Assembly (NCBI GenBank): GCA_963924565.1
Contig: OZ004611.1
Span: 21,576,001-21,640,000 of the forward strand
DNA: 64,000 nucleotides
Reading direction: 5' to 3'
Source: Ascidiella aspersa
Taxonomy: Eukaryota
Of the stretch, positions 1 through 13,851 are shown in pieces (within the stretch, counting starts at the first letter, position 1; the number at the start of each line of letters is the position of its first letter). A model generated the notes under the pieces. It searched no databases. It worked only from the letters and a program-made list of their open reading frames with translations, and was not told the DNA's origin. The position numbers and the translations under genes are program-made.

Positions 1-102
1 AATCGATATAGGAAACCGGCCAAAACGTTAAACCACATTGATTTCGAGGATTATTTCAAGGATGAGATCGCTATGGGGCAACCAATTCATATTCAGGACT
101 AG
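1..102 (+). CDS. Possible 3' end of a coding exon entering from outside the window (NRYRKPAKTLNHIDFEDYFKDEIAMGQPIHIQD*)
   Basis: Frame 1 is open from base 1 to TAG at 100-102 with protein-like composition. No family recognised and the start is not visible. Confidence 0.2.
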   Translation, partial: NRYRKPAKTLNHIDFEDYFKDEIAMGQPIHIQD

Positions 103-1026
103 TCCCCATATCTCTGTTTCCAGCATTCAACCACGCATATGTGACTAATTTACTGGTTCCCACTTATACATTGCCGCCTTTAGTACTCGAGTATTTCGAA
201 CTAGAACAATTATTTCGAACTAGAATTTTGCTCTTTTACTGGATTTTCCACCCATAGCCCATTGGTAAGCTTCTTAATTGAAGTGTTTTGTGGACGATCA
301 GACTTAGAGTGCCACAAAATTAGTTTTTCCCACACTATGTACAGTTGACGCGATTTTTTCAATTTCGATTGTGACATGACAATAAACTACCTAGATTAAG
401 TTACAAAAAGTGCAATATTTTCTCTAGAATTCCATGTGACAAAAGTTTTTGAACCACTGTTTAATTGATGAAAAATCCAAAAAATCAACCCGCTGAAAGG
501 TTTCACATAATTAAATAATGCCAACGCTTAAGCTCAAGAAAAACAAATCCGATTTATGCGAGTGTCATCCATAATTCAGCAATACGAAATCGATTCTTTG
601 GTTGATACGAGCAATCGTTTTCGATTAAGGTTTCTTTACTTTATCTCAGTCAGTCGCTATTATTTTTGACGTTCTAATTATAACGTATTGGAAAAACGGC
701 GATTAAAGCAAGTTACAGCTTTTTTCTTTCGCTAATAGCTTTTTGTTAAGCAGGCTAACTTGAATCACGTAGTTCTCAATCTATCATAGATTAATTATTT
801 TAGTTATAAAATATAAAAATGTACTATATTTGATTAAATGTTTTATGTTAAAATAACTATAACTACTAGGCAAGCAACTTTCTAGAATTAACTCTTTGAC
901 CCTTTAAACCCTGTTGTTTTTTTTTTTGTTTTTTTGCAGCGGTGTAATGTGGTTGTACTCAACGTGGAAGTAATTTTCAATAACTGCTTTTATACAATGC
1001 GATTTATTTACAATGGCAATAAAAAA

Positions 1027-1479
1027 CAGTGTTGTTATGACTTAAGTCAGTGACTCGACTTAAGTGCACTTACGGCACTAGTTTTAAATGAGTTGACTTG
1101 ATAAGTCTTTTCGGCTAAATGACCTGATTTTACTTAAGTCTTTCGGACAAATAAGGACATTTTGAAAGTATTTGGGAAAAAAGACTTGGGTTGAAATAAA
1201 GTGTTTTCATTAAGAATTTTTATGGTAACATTAGGTTATCTATCTTAATTTGTGCTCGTAAATTTCGCGTTTTTGTTATTTTCTATTTGAGTTATTGCTC
1301 ATAATCGGGCGAGACCAATTGTTAAAGTTTATCGTTTAATATTGATGAAAAGGACTGGAATTGCTTTACTAGTGACTTGACTGGGACTTGACTTGCTATT
1401 TATTCGAAAAGATTATTTTACAAATGACTTCAGTTCGATAGGACTGGAGTAATTTTAAAACGACATGTTTGCAACACTG
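1027..1479. mobile_element. MITE with CAGTGTTG termini and internal GACTT(G/A) motifs
   Basis: Begins CAGTGTTG and ends CAACACTG, with many GACTTGA/GACTTAA subterminal motifs. Related fragments lie near 3820-4110, 7315-7453 and 14930-15020. TSD not clear. Confidence 0.6.
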
Positions 1480-1550
1480 AAAAATTCTGATTATTGTACA
1501 GTTAGGTTTGAGCAGTGTTCATGTTTTATGTGCATGGCACCAGAAATCAG

Positions 1551-1997
1551 CAGGGTTGCCAGATGAAAAAAATAAAAAAAGCTTACTCTAAAAAAAGGCC
1601 AAAAAAAGCCAAATCTACTGCAAACTCTAACAAGTCTATTTTTTCCTCAAATAAATAAAAAATGCAATAAATGGTCATGCTGGTACATTGAATTTCTCTT
1701 TTTGTGGCAAATTTTCTTAATTTTGTTTTCTTTTTGGAATTTTTCTTGGCAATTTTTTTTTGTTTTCGCAAATTTTTCTTAGCAATTTTTCTCTTTTTGT
1801 GATATTTTTTGGAAATTTTTTCTCTTTTTGTGCTAGTTTGATCTCTTCTTAACATAACACTCATGACATTTTGGAATAAAACGAAAAAAGCCTAAAAAAG
1901 CCAAATTTCATTTGTTTGAAAAAATAAAATCCAAAGAGGTTCAAAAAAAGCCTAAATTTTCAAATTTGGCTTTAAAAAATCCTAACTGGCAACCCTG
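1551..1997. mobile_element. hAT-type MITE (CAGGGTTGCCAG TIR)
   Basis: TIRs CAGGGTTGCCAG...CTGGCAACCCTG, flanked by an exact 8-bp TSD GAAATCAG (1543-1550 and 1998-2005). The A/T-tract interior explains the spurious Lys-rich ORF 1583-1864. Confidence 0.9.
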
Positions 1998-2783
1998 GAA
2001 ATCAGTAGAAGATTGGCCGGAAAACACGCTTGGATTAAGCAGCTTGACAGACAAGGTGTTTGTTTTGCGAAATTGCACAAACATTAAACATTTCGCCGAA
2101 TACCGACTCGCGTAATAGTTTAACCGTAAGGAAGGTCGAAAAAAGACTATCGAACCGCCTTTGACTGGACAATACTTTGCAGTACAATGTCATCGATCTG
2201 TGCGGAAATCAACCATTACGAATGGCTACGTTCACGAATAGAGTTATGTTGTGATTGGTGTAAATAGGTTTTCGCCATGTTCCACGCACGTTTGCTGCGC
2301 GATTATGCTTGAAATATAAATTCGGGTAAGTTTCGCTAACAAAAACACTCTTTTATGGAAATCTTAAGGAACCATTATTTGGTATACATCAATACACGAC
2401 GCACATTTTCCCCAGGATGCGAAACCAAATATTCGCGCTCGTGTTTCTGGCAACGCGCAGCTGTTAAACCGTATCTACAACACTTGCAACAGTCATCTAA
2501 CGGTCTACGACAATTAGATTTAAGGGTTATTTATCGGGCGACCTTTCTAAAGTAACGGGCGACCTTCCTAAAGTATATTCTTAGATGTACCCGGACCCGT
2601 CCAAAATGTCGTATACAGTTTATAACCAGAGTTTGAAGTCACGATTCTGTTCACGTCATTTCCTTCGCTTGCGCAACGCAAACCCGAAGTGTGAATAAAA
2701 ACTTTTGCGAACTTTGAGGGATGTGCGACATGTTAGTTTACTCTTGGGAAAACCTATAGCAAAAACAAACTGATAGACATGTA

Positions 2784-2953
2784 CAGTTTTTTTTTAAGGT
2801 TTGGTTTGGGTGACCGCTAAGTATTTTTAGAGACCGCAAGTGTTTTATTTAAATACCAAAAAATAGCCATATTTGCAAAGTCCAAATTTTGGGAAACCGC
2901 TGGAGAAATTTGGGGGACCGTTTCGGTCCCCCAAAACACCTTAAAAAACACTG
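2784..2953. mobile_element. Small hAT-type MITE
   Basis: Termini CAGTTTTTTT..AAGG and CCTTAAAAAACACTG, with an exact 8-bp TSD GACATGTA on both sides. Confidence 0.85.
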
Positions 2954-4310
2954 GACATGTACATTGTGGTGACGTAAGGGCTTAATAGTGAATGTTTACC
3001 ACTTAATAAACCCGCTTGAGCCTAATTAACTTATCCCACTGTATTATAGCACGATTTGGGTCATAAAACTTTACGACGCGTAGGAAATTGTAAATTGCGT
3101 GAGGTTATTAGGAGACCTAAATTATTAAATGACCAAGACATGGTCCAATCGATAAAAAGTAATTCGTTTTTTTAGTTGCGAATTTTACGAAAAAAGAATA
3201 TTCCTTAAATAAACTAATAAAGTGTGTACTGTCAGACAAAGAAAACGCGTTACACACATGTCTTGAGGCAATAAAAAAAAAAGTATTGGAGGTTTATTAT
3301 TTTGTTATTATAGTTCCAATATATTTATATATTAAGTTTTGTTTATATTGAGAGGCACTAAACAGATTTCAGCGGCACTAAACCGCAAACACAATATATA
3401 TGCGAAATCGGATGCACTAATTTAACCCATTCTTAAGGTAAAATTCCACGTTTTTTGGAAAACCGTGTAGTTGTGATCACCTAAAATCGACGGGTTGTTT
3501 TATACCACGTAATTTTGACAGGCTTCGCTAAACTTATGGTCATACCAATGCCTTTTTAACATTGGAACCTGGTATACAGTTTTTTTCTTAAACAAACAAG
3601 GCTACACCAAGATTCGTTAGACATTATATACTGGCAATAGTAGCGGTAGTGAAAGTTCACGTGGATATTTTGTATGATTAAAAATTCATACTGCCCCAAA
3701 ACGTTCGCCAACTTCACGTGCTGTCACAATATCCTCAATTACATGAGCTCTAAATGTATTTTAGGGCAACTTAAGACACCGCTTTAAAAATAGTCCACTT
3801 GATTATAATCTTTTGGGCGAACTGACTTGACTTGAATTAGACTAAGTTACTTTAGAAAATAAATTTACTTAAACCTAAGTTTAAAATGGAATACATTTGA
3901 CTTGAGTAATTTGAGAAAGTTGAATTTCCAATGAGTATAGTTACTAACCCGTTGTTTTTCGGTTTAGGAGTATTGCAATAAGTTGCTCTGATATGAAACA
4001 TTTCTTTATTCTTTCTTAATAGTTGCCAATTACGTGACTTGGTATTGCAATGACTTGAATTGGGCCCATTGAATTTAAGTCAAAATAACTTATTTAAAAG
4101 TTAGAACACTTCCTTGATGTACAATCCTACCCATGAGATGATTTAAACTAAATATAATGAAGAACCCCCGTTTTAGAGTAAATTATGGGCTCGGTATAAA
4201 TACAAAGCGGCATCTTTCGTTCATTAAACATACACCGGTTTGGTAAGGGAGGCATATTAAACAAAAAAGGGGCACCATTCATTCGATTCATTCATGGGAA
4301 AAACAAACAG

Positions 4311-4634
4311 CTACGAACCTGTACCGACGTCGCCGTCGTAACTCCTCGAAGGTGGCAGCACAAAGTCCTGCGATCCGCCCTGCAGTTCCCGAGCGGTCAG
4401 CTGTTGTCCCGGCGCCGGCGCCCGAACGAACGTGGCCCCGGCGTACGGGAACTTGGCGATGACGCCTTCGGAGCCCTTGTTACCGTAGCGGCGCAGGATA
4501 CGCGAGCAGCGGTCAAAGTAGGCGGCGTCGCGCTGACGCTTGCGCACGACGAAAACCAGCAGCCAAACCAGCAGGGCGAAGGCTATGACGCACACGACCG
4601 CTATAAGCGCGATCTGGCCGCCCGTCAAAGCCAT
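4311..4634 (-). CDS. Uncharacterised 107-aa single-pass small membrane protein
   Basis: GC-rich island with strong GC3 bias in AT-rich DNA. In-frame TAG immediately before the ATG. About 23-aa hydrophobic segment followed by RKRQR (positive-inside). Good acceptor (TTTCACCCTTTCTTCAG) 167 nt upstream at 4802-4803. Confidence 0.7.
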   Translation of the reverse strand: MALTGGQIALIAVVCVIAFALLVWLLVFVVRKRQRDAAYFDRCSRILRRYGNKGSEGVIAKFPYAGATFVRAPAPGQQLTARELQGGSQDFVLPPSRSYDGDVGTGS

Positions 4635-7600
4635 CTATCTCGTCTTTTTCCGACTGGCTCGCTTTTGGAAGGGTTCGGGGTCAGTCCTGTCGTTTCTCTC
4701 GGGTCGATCTCTTTCGCTTGCCCTTTTTAAGCCATGCCGCGTGGGCTGTAAAGCATCCGAGGTCGGTTTGGCAGGTCACTTTTTTAATCCTAAGTGATGG
4801 TCTGAAGAAAGGGTGAAATAGGAATTACGTTACTGTTTGTATTGAAGTTGTAAAGTATTAATTACTCCTTTCCTTAATGTTGTTTTGCTATTTTCCCAAA
4901 ACAAATCAATTATTTGTTGTTCAGTTTTGAGAGGGTTTTGATTCGTGGTGTTTCTCGACTATTTAGCCTTGCTGATTTTTCGCTTCCTGTTTAAGACATG
5001 TCGTCGGGAATCCTAAATATTGACCTAACAAGATGCAGGAATAGGAAATATGTAACGGTTTGAAATAACCCAAGTTCTATTTGCACCAAGTAGGAAGTTT
5101 TTATAATTTGAAAACAACTTTTGAGTAATATTTTACAAAATACCTCTCCACAACGATAATTTTTTTTTTTTTTCAGTTTCTTATGGGATTTGTTTTTCAG
5201 TTTTTTATGGCAGTTCACCATGTTGCCGTCGGTTCACTGGACGCTGCTTGCACAGTATTTCTAGTTAATTTATTTAATTCGTTCGTTTCAATTCCTAAAT
5301 TTAATCAGATGGGCGCATTTTTTTAAACCCTGATTTATTTAAAGGTACAGAATGTGAGTTTTGTGGTTTTAAATCAGACAGGTTGTGTGATTGTTTCGCC
5401 TTCCTTTCTCTTTGACACAATTCCAATTTTCCAAACACGATTATTTTATGATTATTTTTCTAACTGTCTGTTTGTCTAGTTTTAAAAATCAGCTTGTCGG
5501 GGTGCGATTATAATCTTAATTGATGGTCCAAATAGTACGATTGGATGGGACGAGTTACCCATTTAAGTTAACCAGCATAAGGGCATCCTTTGCTTTTTCT
5601 CTTGCAATATACTATTTTTGTAAACGATAAATTTATATTCTCCGTTTAAGTCTTCACTGTCAACGCTGTCCGTTTGCAAAATTAAAAAAATCGGGTTAAT
5701 TACTTTTCACACTGTACGCTACTTTATTTTGGCTTTCGTTATTCTGTAGGATCTAATAAAATTTGGTAAACGTTTTCTGTTTTAAATCAAGTTTGCTTTT
5801 CCAATAACACATTTTTTTTCGTATGTGCGTCACTGTATTGCGCAAAAAATGCTTGAAAACTTCTCAGTTTCTCTTTTACTTTTCTTCAAAGACGAAGTAA
5901 AATTACACTACTATCCCGATAGAATTCTCAAATTAATCATAAACCCAGACTTTCAGAGCCCCACTAAACACACCCACAGCCAAATCTAATACATATCTGC
6001 CAGTTGATAAAGATCAAAACAAACGCATTGCGTGGTTATCGTGATTTATCAAAACAAATAACCTTGTACGTAAATGTGCCCTTCTGAATTGGCTACAGCA
6101 TTTAAGTAAAGCCAACCAAAAGCAAACTGTGTAACGTGATATGGCCACGCCAGTTTATGCGACATTTTTTTTACAAGTTTGACGTGTTTTAGCGAATTTT
6201 TTACTCAGGTCAGTTCATTTTCACCTGGCGACTTGACCGAATACCTTTGACGTCAGTGCATTGAAGGCTAGTTGGCCATTGTTTCCCAACGCTACGGCCT
6301 ACGCAAAAATTCTTGCGATTTAAGTCAAACCTGATCAAAGTTAATGAGTTACTGGAGACAACCTATTTTACATATTTCCACATCGAAAAATAACTGGATC
6401 CAGGCGATAAATACCGATGGACTGCACTTAGGGTCCATAACCCAACTTGGCGACAACCCACACCAATATTTAGGCACATCTTAAGCCAAAATTTACACCA
6501 GTGAAACAGAACAGTATAATCCTGTTGGGGTCGCGAAAAATGAGAGGCCGATAGAAATGTGGCACCAAAATCGATTCAACTCATTGGCGTTATTTGCCTT
6601 CAAAGGTTTAGTCATGATTGCGTTGTGATCGATAAAATAATATACCTGGCCCCATAACCGACTGTTCGCTATGGACTGGTAATTTAAAGCCTTCCTAATG
6701 GGTTATATTAGGGGAATATACGACAGTGCCTCCAAAGCTAGGTTGACAGCCAACTAAAACCAGCCTTTTTAATTCCAAGCGAATCACCTGGACACAAAGT
6801 AAGCTTAACAAGTTACAGATAACGGTTGAAAACTACAATTGGAGAATCATCAACATAATAAGTACTATTTTACACGCTACAAAAATTTGGGATTCCTCAT
6901 CTAACTTTGACAACCTTTCAGCACTGATTGAAACAAACATTCTTGTGTAACAAAACGAGATAGGATGACTCCGGTGGCAATACAAAGCAATTTCACGTTC
7001 GAACGTAACGTTTCTCGCTTTTCGTGTCGTAAAAAGTTAAATGTAAATCGGCATGATATTAAAATGCCAGTTTTATATCGTCGATACATCTTCTAAATAA
7101 ATAGGCATAAGTCAGTGAACAGAAAACACCACCACACGTAGGCTATATGACAAGGAACTATTAAAACATCAAAAACAATTGAAAACGGACTGGCAAGTAG
7201 TATTGTATAGACCAGTGGTTCCGCAACATATAACAAGCAAATTGCTTTATGTTTAAAATTCTTGATAAACACCCATTTTTATAAAAATAATTGCTTAATA
7301 AAAACACCGTATTTTAACCCAAGTCATTTGTCGAAGTCATTTGTCGAAAATTCTAGTCCAGTGATTTTACCCAAAATACCTAAGTCAACCCAAGTCATTT
7401 GAAAAGATTGACAAGTGCACTTCAAGTTATTAAGTTACGTCATTACAACACTAATATTAAAGTATAAAATAAAGATATTGTCGACTAAAGAACATTGCGC
7501 AACGTGCTGCTGTGGGTAGGCCTATATTGGTGGGCGTTTCCTTTGCGTAACATAACAGATGAAAGAGGACATGTCTATAAGATATAGCGAAGTCTGGGCA

Positions 7601-8357
7601 CAACGATGGTTAGCATTGTGTGCAGCACGTTTTGCAGGCACCTTTGTTCTTTCTATCACGGTTGCGGAAGGACTTACCTACAATAACCTTTATAAAAATG
7701 CTGCTGGTGTCTCTTAGGTACATGTAATTCTCACGTCATGTTTATCTAACTGCGACCACCTTCAACTAATTGCATTAGTAAACTAAATAATTTCTGTAAA
7801 TTTTATGTAACCAATTTCGAGACTAAGGCATCATTCAGAGCACAACAACCTTGCTGGTATTAACAAGTAAAATACAAAAATATTTCGAGCTTACATACAG
7901 ATAGGCCAAACGTTTATTGTACTTAAAATTTTATTTTTCGAGAGATGCAAAAAAATGGAAAATTTTGAATCTATTCCACTAATTTTAACGAAGATATGAG
8001 AATATTTATTGACGAAAAGAGGCGAGATACAATATCGCTATAAATTATTTTAATTTGGTAAACTTTTAATTAGAGAGGACTGTAACACTAACAAAGCATA
8101 TAGGTAAACTAGCATAGTCTGCACCATTCCAGTCAAAAAGGACTAGAAAATCTATACGCAAAATAGTTTCCGTAACTTTTGAAAGTATATCGTTCACCTG
8201 TTTGACAACTTTTTTTAAGAATAAAAATAACCCAAGCCCTATAGATGGTTTGCCTCGACGGTAATTTGTCATAAGCCAGCGATTCAAAACATTTTTACGT
8301 TTTGGCCCACGTTTTTGTACCTTGCAACTTTAACCTAACCCTTTTTACATCATAGCA

Positions 8358-8646
8358 CAAGGGTCGGCTGCAACGCCCCGCGGCCAGTTTCGGTCCGCCA
8401 AAGCAAATTATCCGGCCCGCGACCTATTTTACAAACTCTTCATATTTTTTGGCCATTCAAACGACGTAAAAGCAAGGTTTGCTTTTGCGCAAATTTTCTA
8501 CACCAGGATTAACCCTGATTAACAGTCGTTACGGTTGTTATAAATATAATTAGATGCGTAAATTCTACACAGTTAAAATTTAACGATCAGCAGAGATCTT
8601 TCGGAGTTTGGTTTTGGACAACTAGAAAAAAGTTGCGCACCTCTGA
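8358..8646. mobile_element. Degenerate hAT-like MITE
   Basis: Termini CAAGGGTCGG... and ...GTTGCGCACCTCTG with CGGCCC subterminal motifs. TSD only partial. Confidence 0.4.
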
Positions 8647-11600
8647 GCTAGCAGCCCATTTTTCATGGAAATTTGTTGCACGACCAGTCGGCCAACATTA
8701 AGGTGCTGCAGAAATATTAAACAAAGAGAACAATTAAAAAAATACAACAATGCAAAACGGATATTCTTTGACATTTACCACTGATTGTGCTACGTCAAAA
8801 TTGGCAAGAAAAGATCATTTATAACAAATATAAAGTATATGGTGCTGTATATACTAACAGGTTGCAGTTTCTATTTTTAACAACCAAAAGTGGAAAAAAA
8901 TTAGTCATAATTTAGTGGACTGCCTTGCAAAGTTCCTTGGTGCCAGATGAGGAGCGCTGCACTTAGCCAGGGTACTGTTTAACTTTACAACTGACAAAAA
9001 GTAAAAACAGACAACAGTTGCGAAAACAATACAAACAGCACCAAGCAGACTTATGCCCCACAGATAAAACCTCGCATTTGCGCAAAAGTAAACAAAACAG
9101 CCTGTTGTCTGACAATCGAAAGTGTGTGTCACCAAATGATACGGGGATCGGCATATATTGAATACCTTTAGTGATTACAACATTTTATGACAAAATTAAA
9201 GCATTTTTAGTGGTCGTGTGAATGGAGTTTCATCAATTTTCACAAAGCAATTAAAAAAACTTTTTAACTATAGTAAGTCTCCAAAAAAATACTTTTAAGT
9301 TACTAGGTTAGACCAGTGATTCCTAACCGATCGGTTGGGACCCAATGGGGGACGGTGTTTTAGTTTTATATGAGATAAGAACATTGTTGCTTGACGTAAG
9401 AATTATTCAACAATAAAATTATGCGGTGTGTTGCTAAAAACATCAAATAGACAAACCCAAAATTTCGCATTGGTAGTTAACTGCAAGTGGATATATTTCT
9501 TTCTTAATATCTCTTTGTGGGTGTTACAAAAATGGAAATACATTTGCGTAGCGATCTTAGAAAGGTTAAGCACTGGATTGAATCTCAAATTACATAATGC
9601 TGTTTCTATTATGTTGGGTCTAAGCTTTAATTGTTTTTGTATCATCTTCTTTGGTAAAAAAAACTTTCTTCTAAATAAGCAATTGGTTAAAAGTTTACGG
9701 CTTGAAAACAAGGCTACAGTTAAAAACAAAGCTAAAAAAGCTTTTGGAAAAAAACCTTTCAGAAAAAATCTATATGGTATACCAATGTTCCGCTAATCCG
9801 TACCGGTTGTAAACAGTAGTTCATCTTGATTAGCAGTGCCCAAGTGTTCACGTACAGTCGTACATGTCTTTATGGTTATTCCAAAAACTTCAGATCCCCA
9901 ATATTTTTTTAGAGAAACATAAACATTCAAACAATGCAAAATCTTTTACTGCAGAAGAGGATTACACCCAGAGCTTGTTTTTAATGCTATCGAGTGCTTA
10001 ATTGTTCGGACGTGTTCCCTAACTGTCTTTAAGTGAAACGTTTTCAGACGTAAATAATTCATACGATAAAGCAATAGGATCAGGTAAACTCGTGTCACGG
10101 AACGTTACACTTTAGCGTATACAAAATACATATCAAACAAATTTATTTTAAAAGTTTATCATCAAAATCAAACATTAGGAAAATTTTAGCTATAGGACAC
10201 AGCCTAAAGCGCAATACAACAAGTTTTTGACATAATATTTTGTATAATAAATCAAGCATTCGTGATTCACTCTTACACGGTGACACAACCGCATCAATGT
10301 TTCTGGCTGTTTTACGAGAAGCAAAACAACCTTGGCATTTAGAGTGAAACAGCTTTAACCTTGCCCTACATTCACCATTAATGACCTATTTACAGGAAAG
10401 TGTCCTGAGAGTTAAACCTGATCAACCGCCCTAAAACAAAAAGTGTCTTAAGGAAACAAGACCCTCTTTAAAACGTATACACAAACTCACCATAACACAA
10501 TACACACCTTTCTTATCAATCAGAAAATAGGTAAATACAGAGATTTAAGTAACAAAAAACATAAAGGCAATCAAATTAGGACATAACGTTATATATGGCT
10601 ATACCTTTACACAACCAAAAGATTGTGCGACAAAAAATACGACATATACTGTATATGTTACCTAACCTTTTATGTTCTTTTTTTATAGAAACACAATCGT
10701 TTCAATTTTATGCGCTCAGTAATTACAAGGATAAGACGCAGCAGATAAGTCAACGGTGTTACGGATTCGCTTCTGGGCACCTGTACTTTGCCTTGACCCG
10801 CAGTATAGCACGGGTAAAACTATTGCAGATCGCGTAGCCTACGTTACATTCAGTCCAAAACAGCACGCGAGCAACAAAACTTGCGAGCGATATTTCGTTT
10901 GTTTGTTCGGATGTAACTTCTAGCAAAGGCCGCAAGGCAACGCAAAGCGTTCGGAAGCACGCCGAATCAATCTAAAACTGGTAGCTGGCGGTGTCACACG
11001 ATCGCTATGTTGCTGGTTACAAAGTGCGGCACTGCATAATATGAAGAATGGGGCAAAGTTCTGTGGGTTCGTTGCACGTTTTGAAGTGCCACATCACAGT
11101 AGACAATCACTCAATAGGCTACTACCCGCACACAAATTGATCCAGAACAATCTGGCCGTTTTTGTAGCCGGTGTCTAAACAGTCTGACTTGCAGTTACTA
11201 CAGTGGTATGCAATAATTAATATTCTTTGTTCTTAAAAGAATTTATATTTTTGCTACCAATTATTATTTGGATTCCTTTCAGTGATATGGCCGAAAGCCC
11301 TTAAGTAATGGTATTTCCAACTAATTGCCATGAATCATTTACGAAATTTATTGTGAAACCTGGCATTTCTTCTCTGCTGATGTCAAGGCACATCGCCTAA
11401 CTGAAATTTGATAATAAACCTTTCGATTAAGCTTTTAACTGTAGCAATGTACGCATCGCATTACATCGGGTTATGATTTTTGAAGTACAGATGATTTGCT
11501 TAAATTTGCTGTCAACCTAATACAATCACACAAAATCAGCCAACCAAAATCGATTTCGAATTATAATTTTAAAGAAAGACTAAACAGTGAATCGATGATT

Positions 11601-13393
11601 TCTCCCTGGTAAATCTTCAAAGCGCTCAAGCCTTAAGCGAAATACGCTTTGGGAGTTTCAATTAATATACATCAATAAAGGCAAGGCGGAAATAGTTCCA
11701 AAATACAGATCAGCCAAAAATTCTACATCAGCTCAATGACACGTCAAATAGTGACCAGACAACAGGATAAATTTTACAAAAACAATGCTACAAACGCACG
11801 CTTAGATGCAGAGTGTATACTGGACCGAACACTGATATGTTCAAGCTTGCGTAAAACGATTTTAGCCGTTACGGTACTGCAATACATAAAATTAGAAAAT
11901 TCCTATTCGTTACAAGCCGTTATCGGGCATTTGCACGCTTTAAATTCCAAAAATATTTCAGCAATGCGTCCTGTTTACTAAATACTGGCACACCTTCCAG
12001 TTGTGAACACCCAGGCTGACAGAAGCAATGATATCGCTTTGAAATAGCATTAAAACTCATAAAAATCCCTAAGCATTGTAAATACGTTCCAAAAGGTCTT
12101 TGTTCGTTTTAATACGTCACAATGCAGGTTCCATTTGCATTTTCACTCTCACAGCAGGCATGATTTGCTCAAAAAAAGCGTCTAAACTACTCCACCAAAC
12201 GGTCCCGAAATCTGTTTTGTGACAACTCTAGGCCCAAACGACTCATTTTTTGCACTCAATACCAGCGTCAAACTGCACCCGACACATGAATGGCGGCGAG
12301 GCAGAGTCGCTGATGGTTTTTGGGAAGCCGGCTGGCGACAGGCGACGGGACATGCATAATGGCTTCCCCTTGGCAAAACTAGATTGACAAAGTTGCCCGG
12401 CATTCAATCAGGATTCCCTGCTTCGCCAGAAACCCGCTCCCAAGCCACTATCGAAGGCTATCAATTGTTTTTCCCCTAACAAACCAGGCGACGTTTCGCA
12501 GCTTGCCGACGTTCTTAGCTAGTTTTTCACCGCGCATAACGTGTTGTTTACTTCGCCGCGTTCGTTTAGCTTTAGCCTATAAAGTATTTGTTGTTACCAG
12601 TTGTCGAATTTATTTACTGCACATCGTTTCTTGACGCACCGCCAAAAAATCACCGCTCGTCACAAAACATGTGACCGAAGCCTCGCTAAATCGGACGAAA
12701 GTGCGACGTCACGCGAGCAATTGCGTCACCAGCAGTACTGATGCGCTCCCTAAAGGCATAGAGTCGTCATTCAAATCCCTAACATGCCCCTTTTATACTT
12801 GGACACAAAAATGACTCGAACGCTTTACATTATTTTTTCCTCATTTTACGTGTATACCAGCACAATGCTTTTTGGTTAGGCTGTAACTCTTCTGTTATTA
12901 TTTACGTACTTCAAGCCCAAGGTAAACAAGTCACACAGTTACCAAATTTCGACACCCGTTGTATGTGTTTCATCGCTAGCTGTTTCCAATGGCTCGCGTT
13001 TTAATCAAAAACCGATATGCTTATAAAGATTTCGGTTGAAACATCGAAAAGCGAACCACGTAGCACGAAAAAAAATCAATAAAAAATTGTTACAACTATA
13101 TGGAGGTAGTACTATAAAAAAGTGGTTACTTTTTCAACGCTGCGGAACACAAAGTTTGGAGCGTTTGCAGATAAACTACTTTGTAACAGATATACGTCAT
13201 TTTAACACGGCGCATGGTGAACACCAAAATGGTTGAATAAAGTTCAATTTTCGGTAATAGTTTGTTTTTAAGCGAACGATTTTGCTTGACAAGCAGTGGA
13301 CATCACCCAACAGGTTTGACAAACTAATTAAAAGTACTTTACTGTATAGTTTAACTTTGGTACTATCTGTAAGAAGAACTAGCAAATGTCCAT

Positions 13394-13851
13394 ATCTTAG
13401 CAACACTTTTTCTACACAAACATCGGAAATTGAGCTATAGGCACGCCGCGAAATAATTTTCAGCTGAAACAGTCTAAACCTCGCAAATTGCTTTCAAGTT
13501 AGCCATTTTTTGTCCGGTGTCGACATTAAAAACTCTAAACATAAACCTTTACAAAGTCTCGTAACTTAAACCTGCAGCCCATCAAGGCACCTCTGTATAG
13601 GCTATTGGCAGGCAGACTTCCACAAAAAAGAGCACACGTTGACATCTTAGCAACACTTTTTCTATAAAGCATCTGAAATTAGGCTAAGCACACCGCGAAT
13701 GATTTTTAGCTGAAACAGGCTAAACCTCGACAATTACTTTCAAGTTAACCATTTCTAACTATACCAAAGGCCTGTAACTTAAACCTACATCTCATGCAGC
13801 CCATGCAAGGCCCTCTGTACAGGCTATTGGCAGGCAGACTGCCACAAAAAG
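13394..13851. repeat. Diverged direct duplication (about 235 bp and about 210 bp)
   Basis: 13394-13630 and 13644-13851 both run ATCTTAGCAACACTTTTT...CTCTGTAYAGGCTATTGGCAGGCAGACT.CCACAAAAA. Confidence 0.85.

Noticed and set aside
1583-1864. Lys-rich 93-aa ORF
   Set aside because: It is a translation of T-tracts inside a MITE with TIRs and a TSD.
4404-4797. Plus-strand ORFs overlapping the TM gene
   Set aside because: These are antisense shadows of a GC-rich exon. Splice and topology signals support the minus strand.
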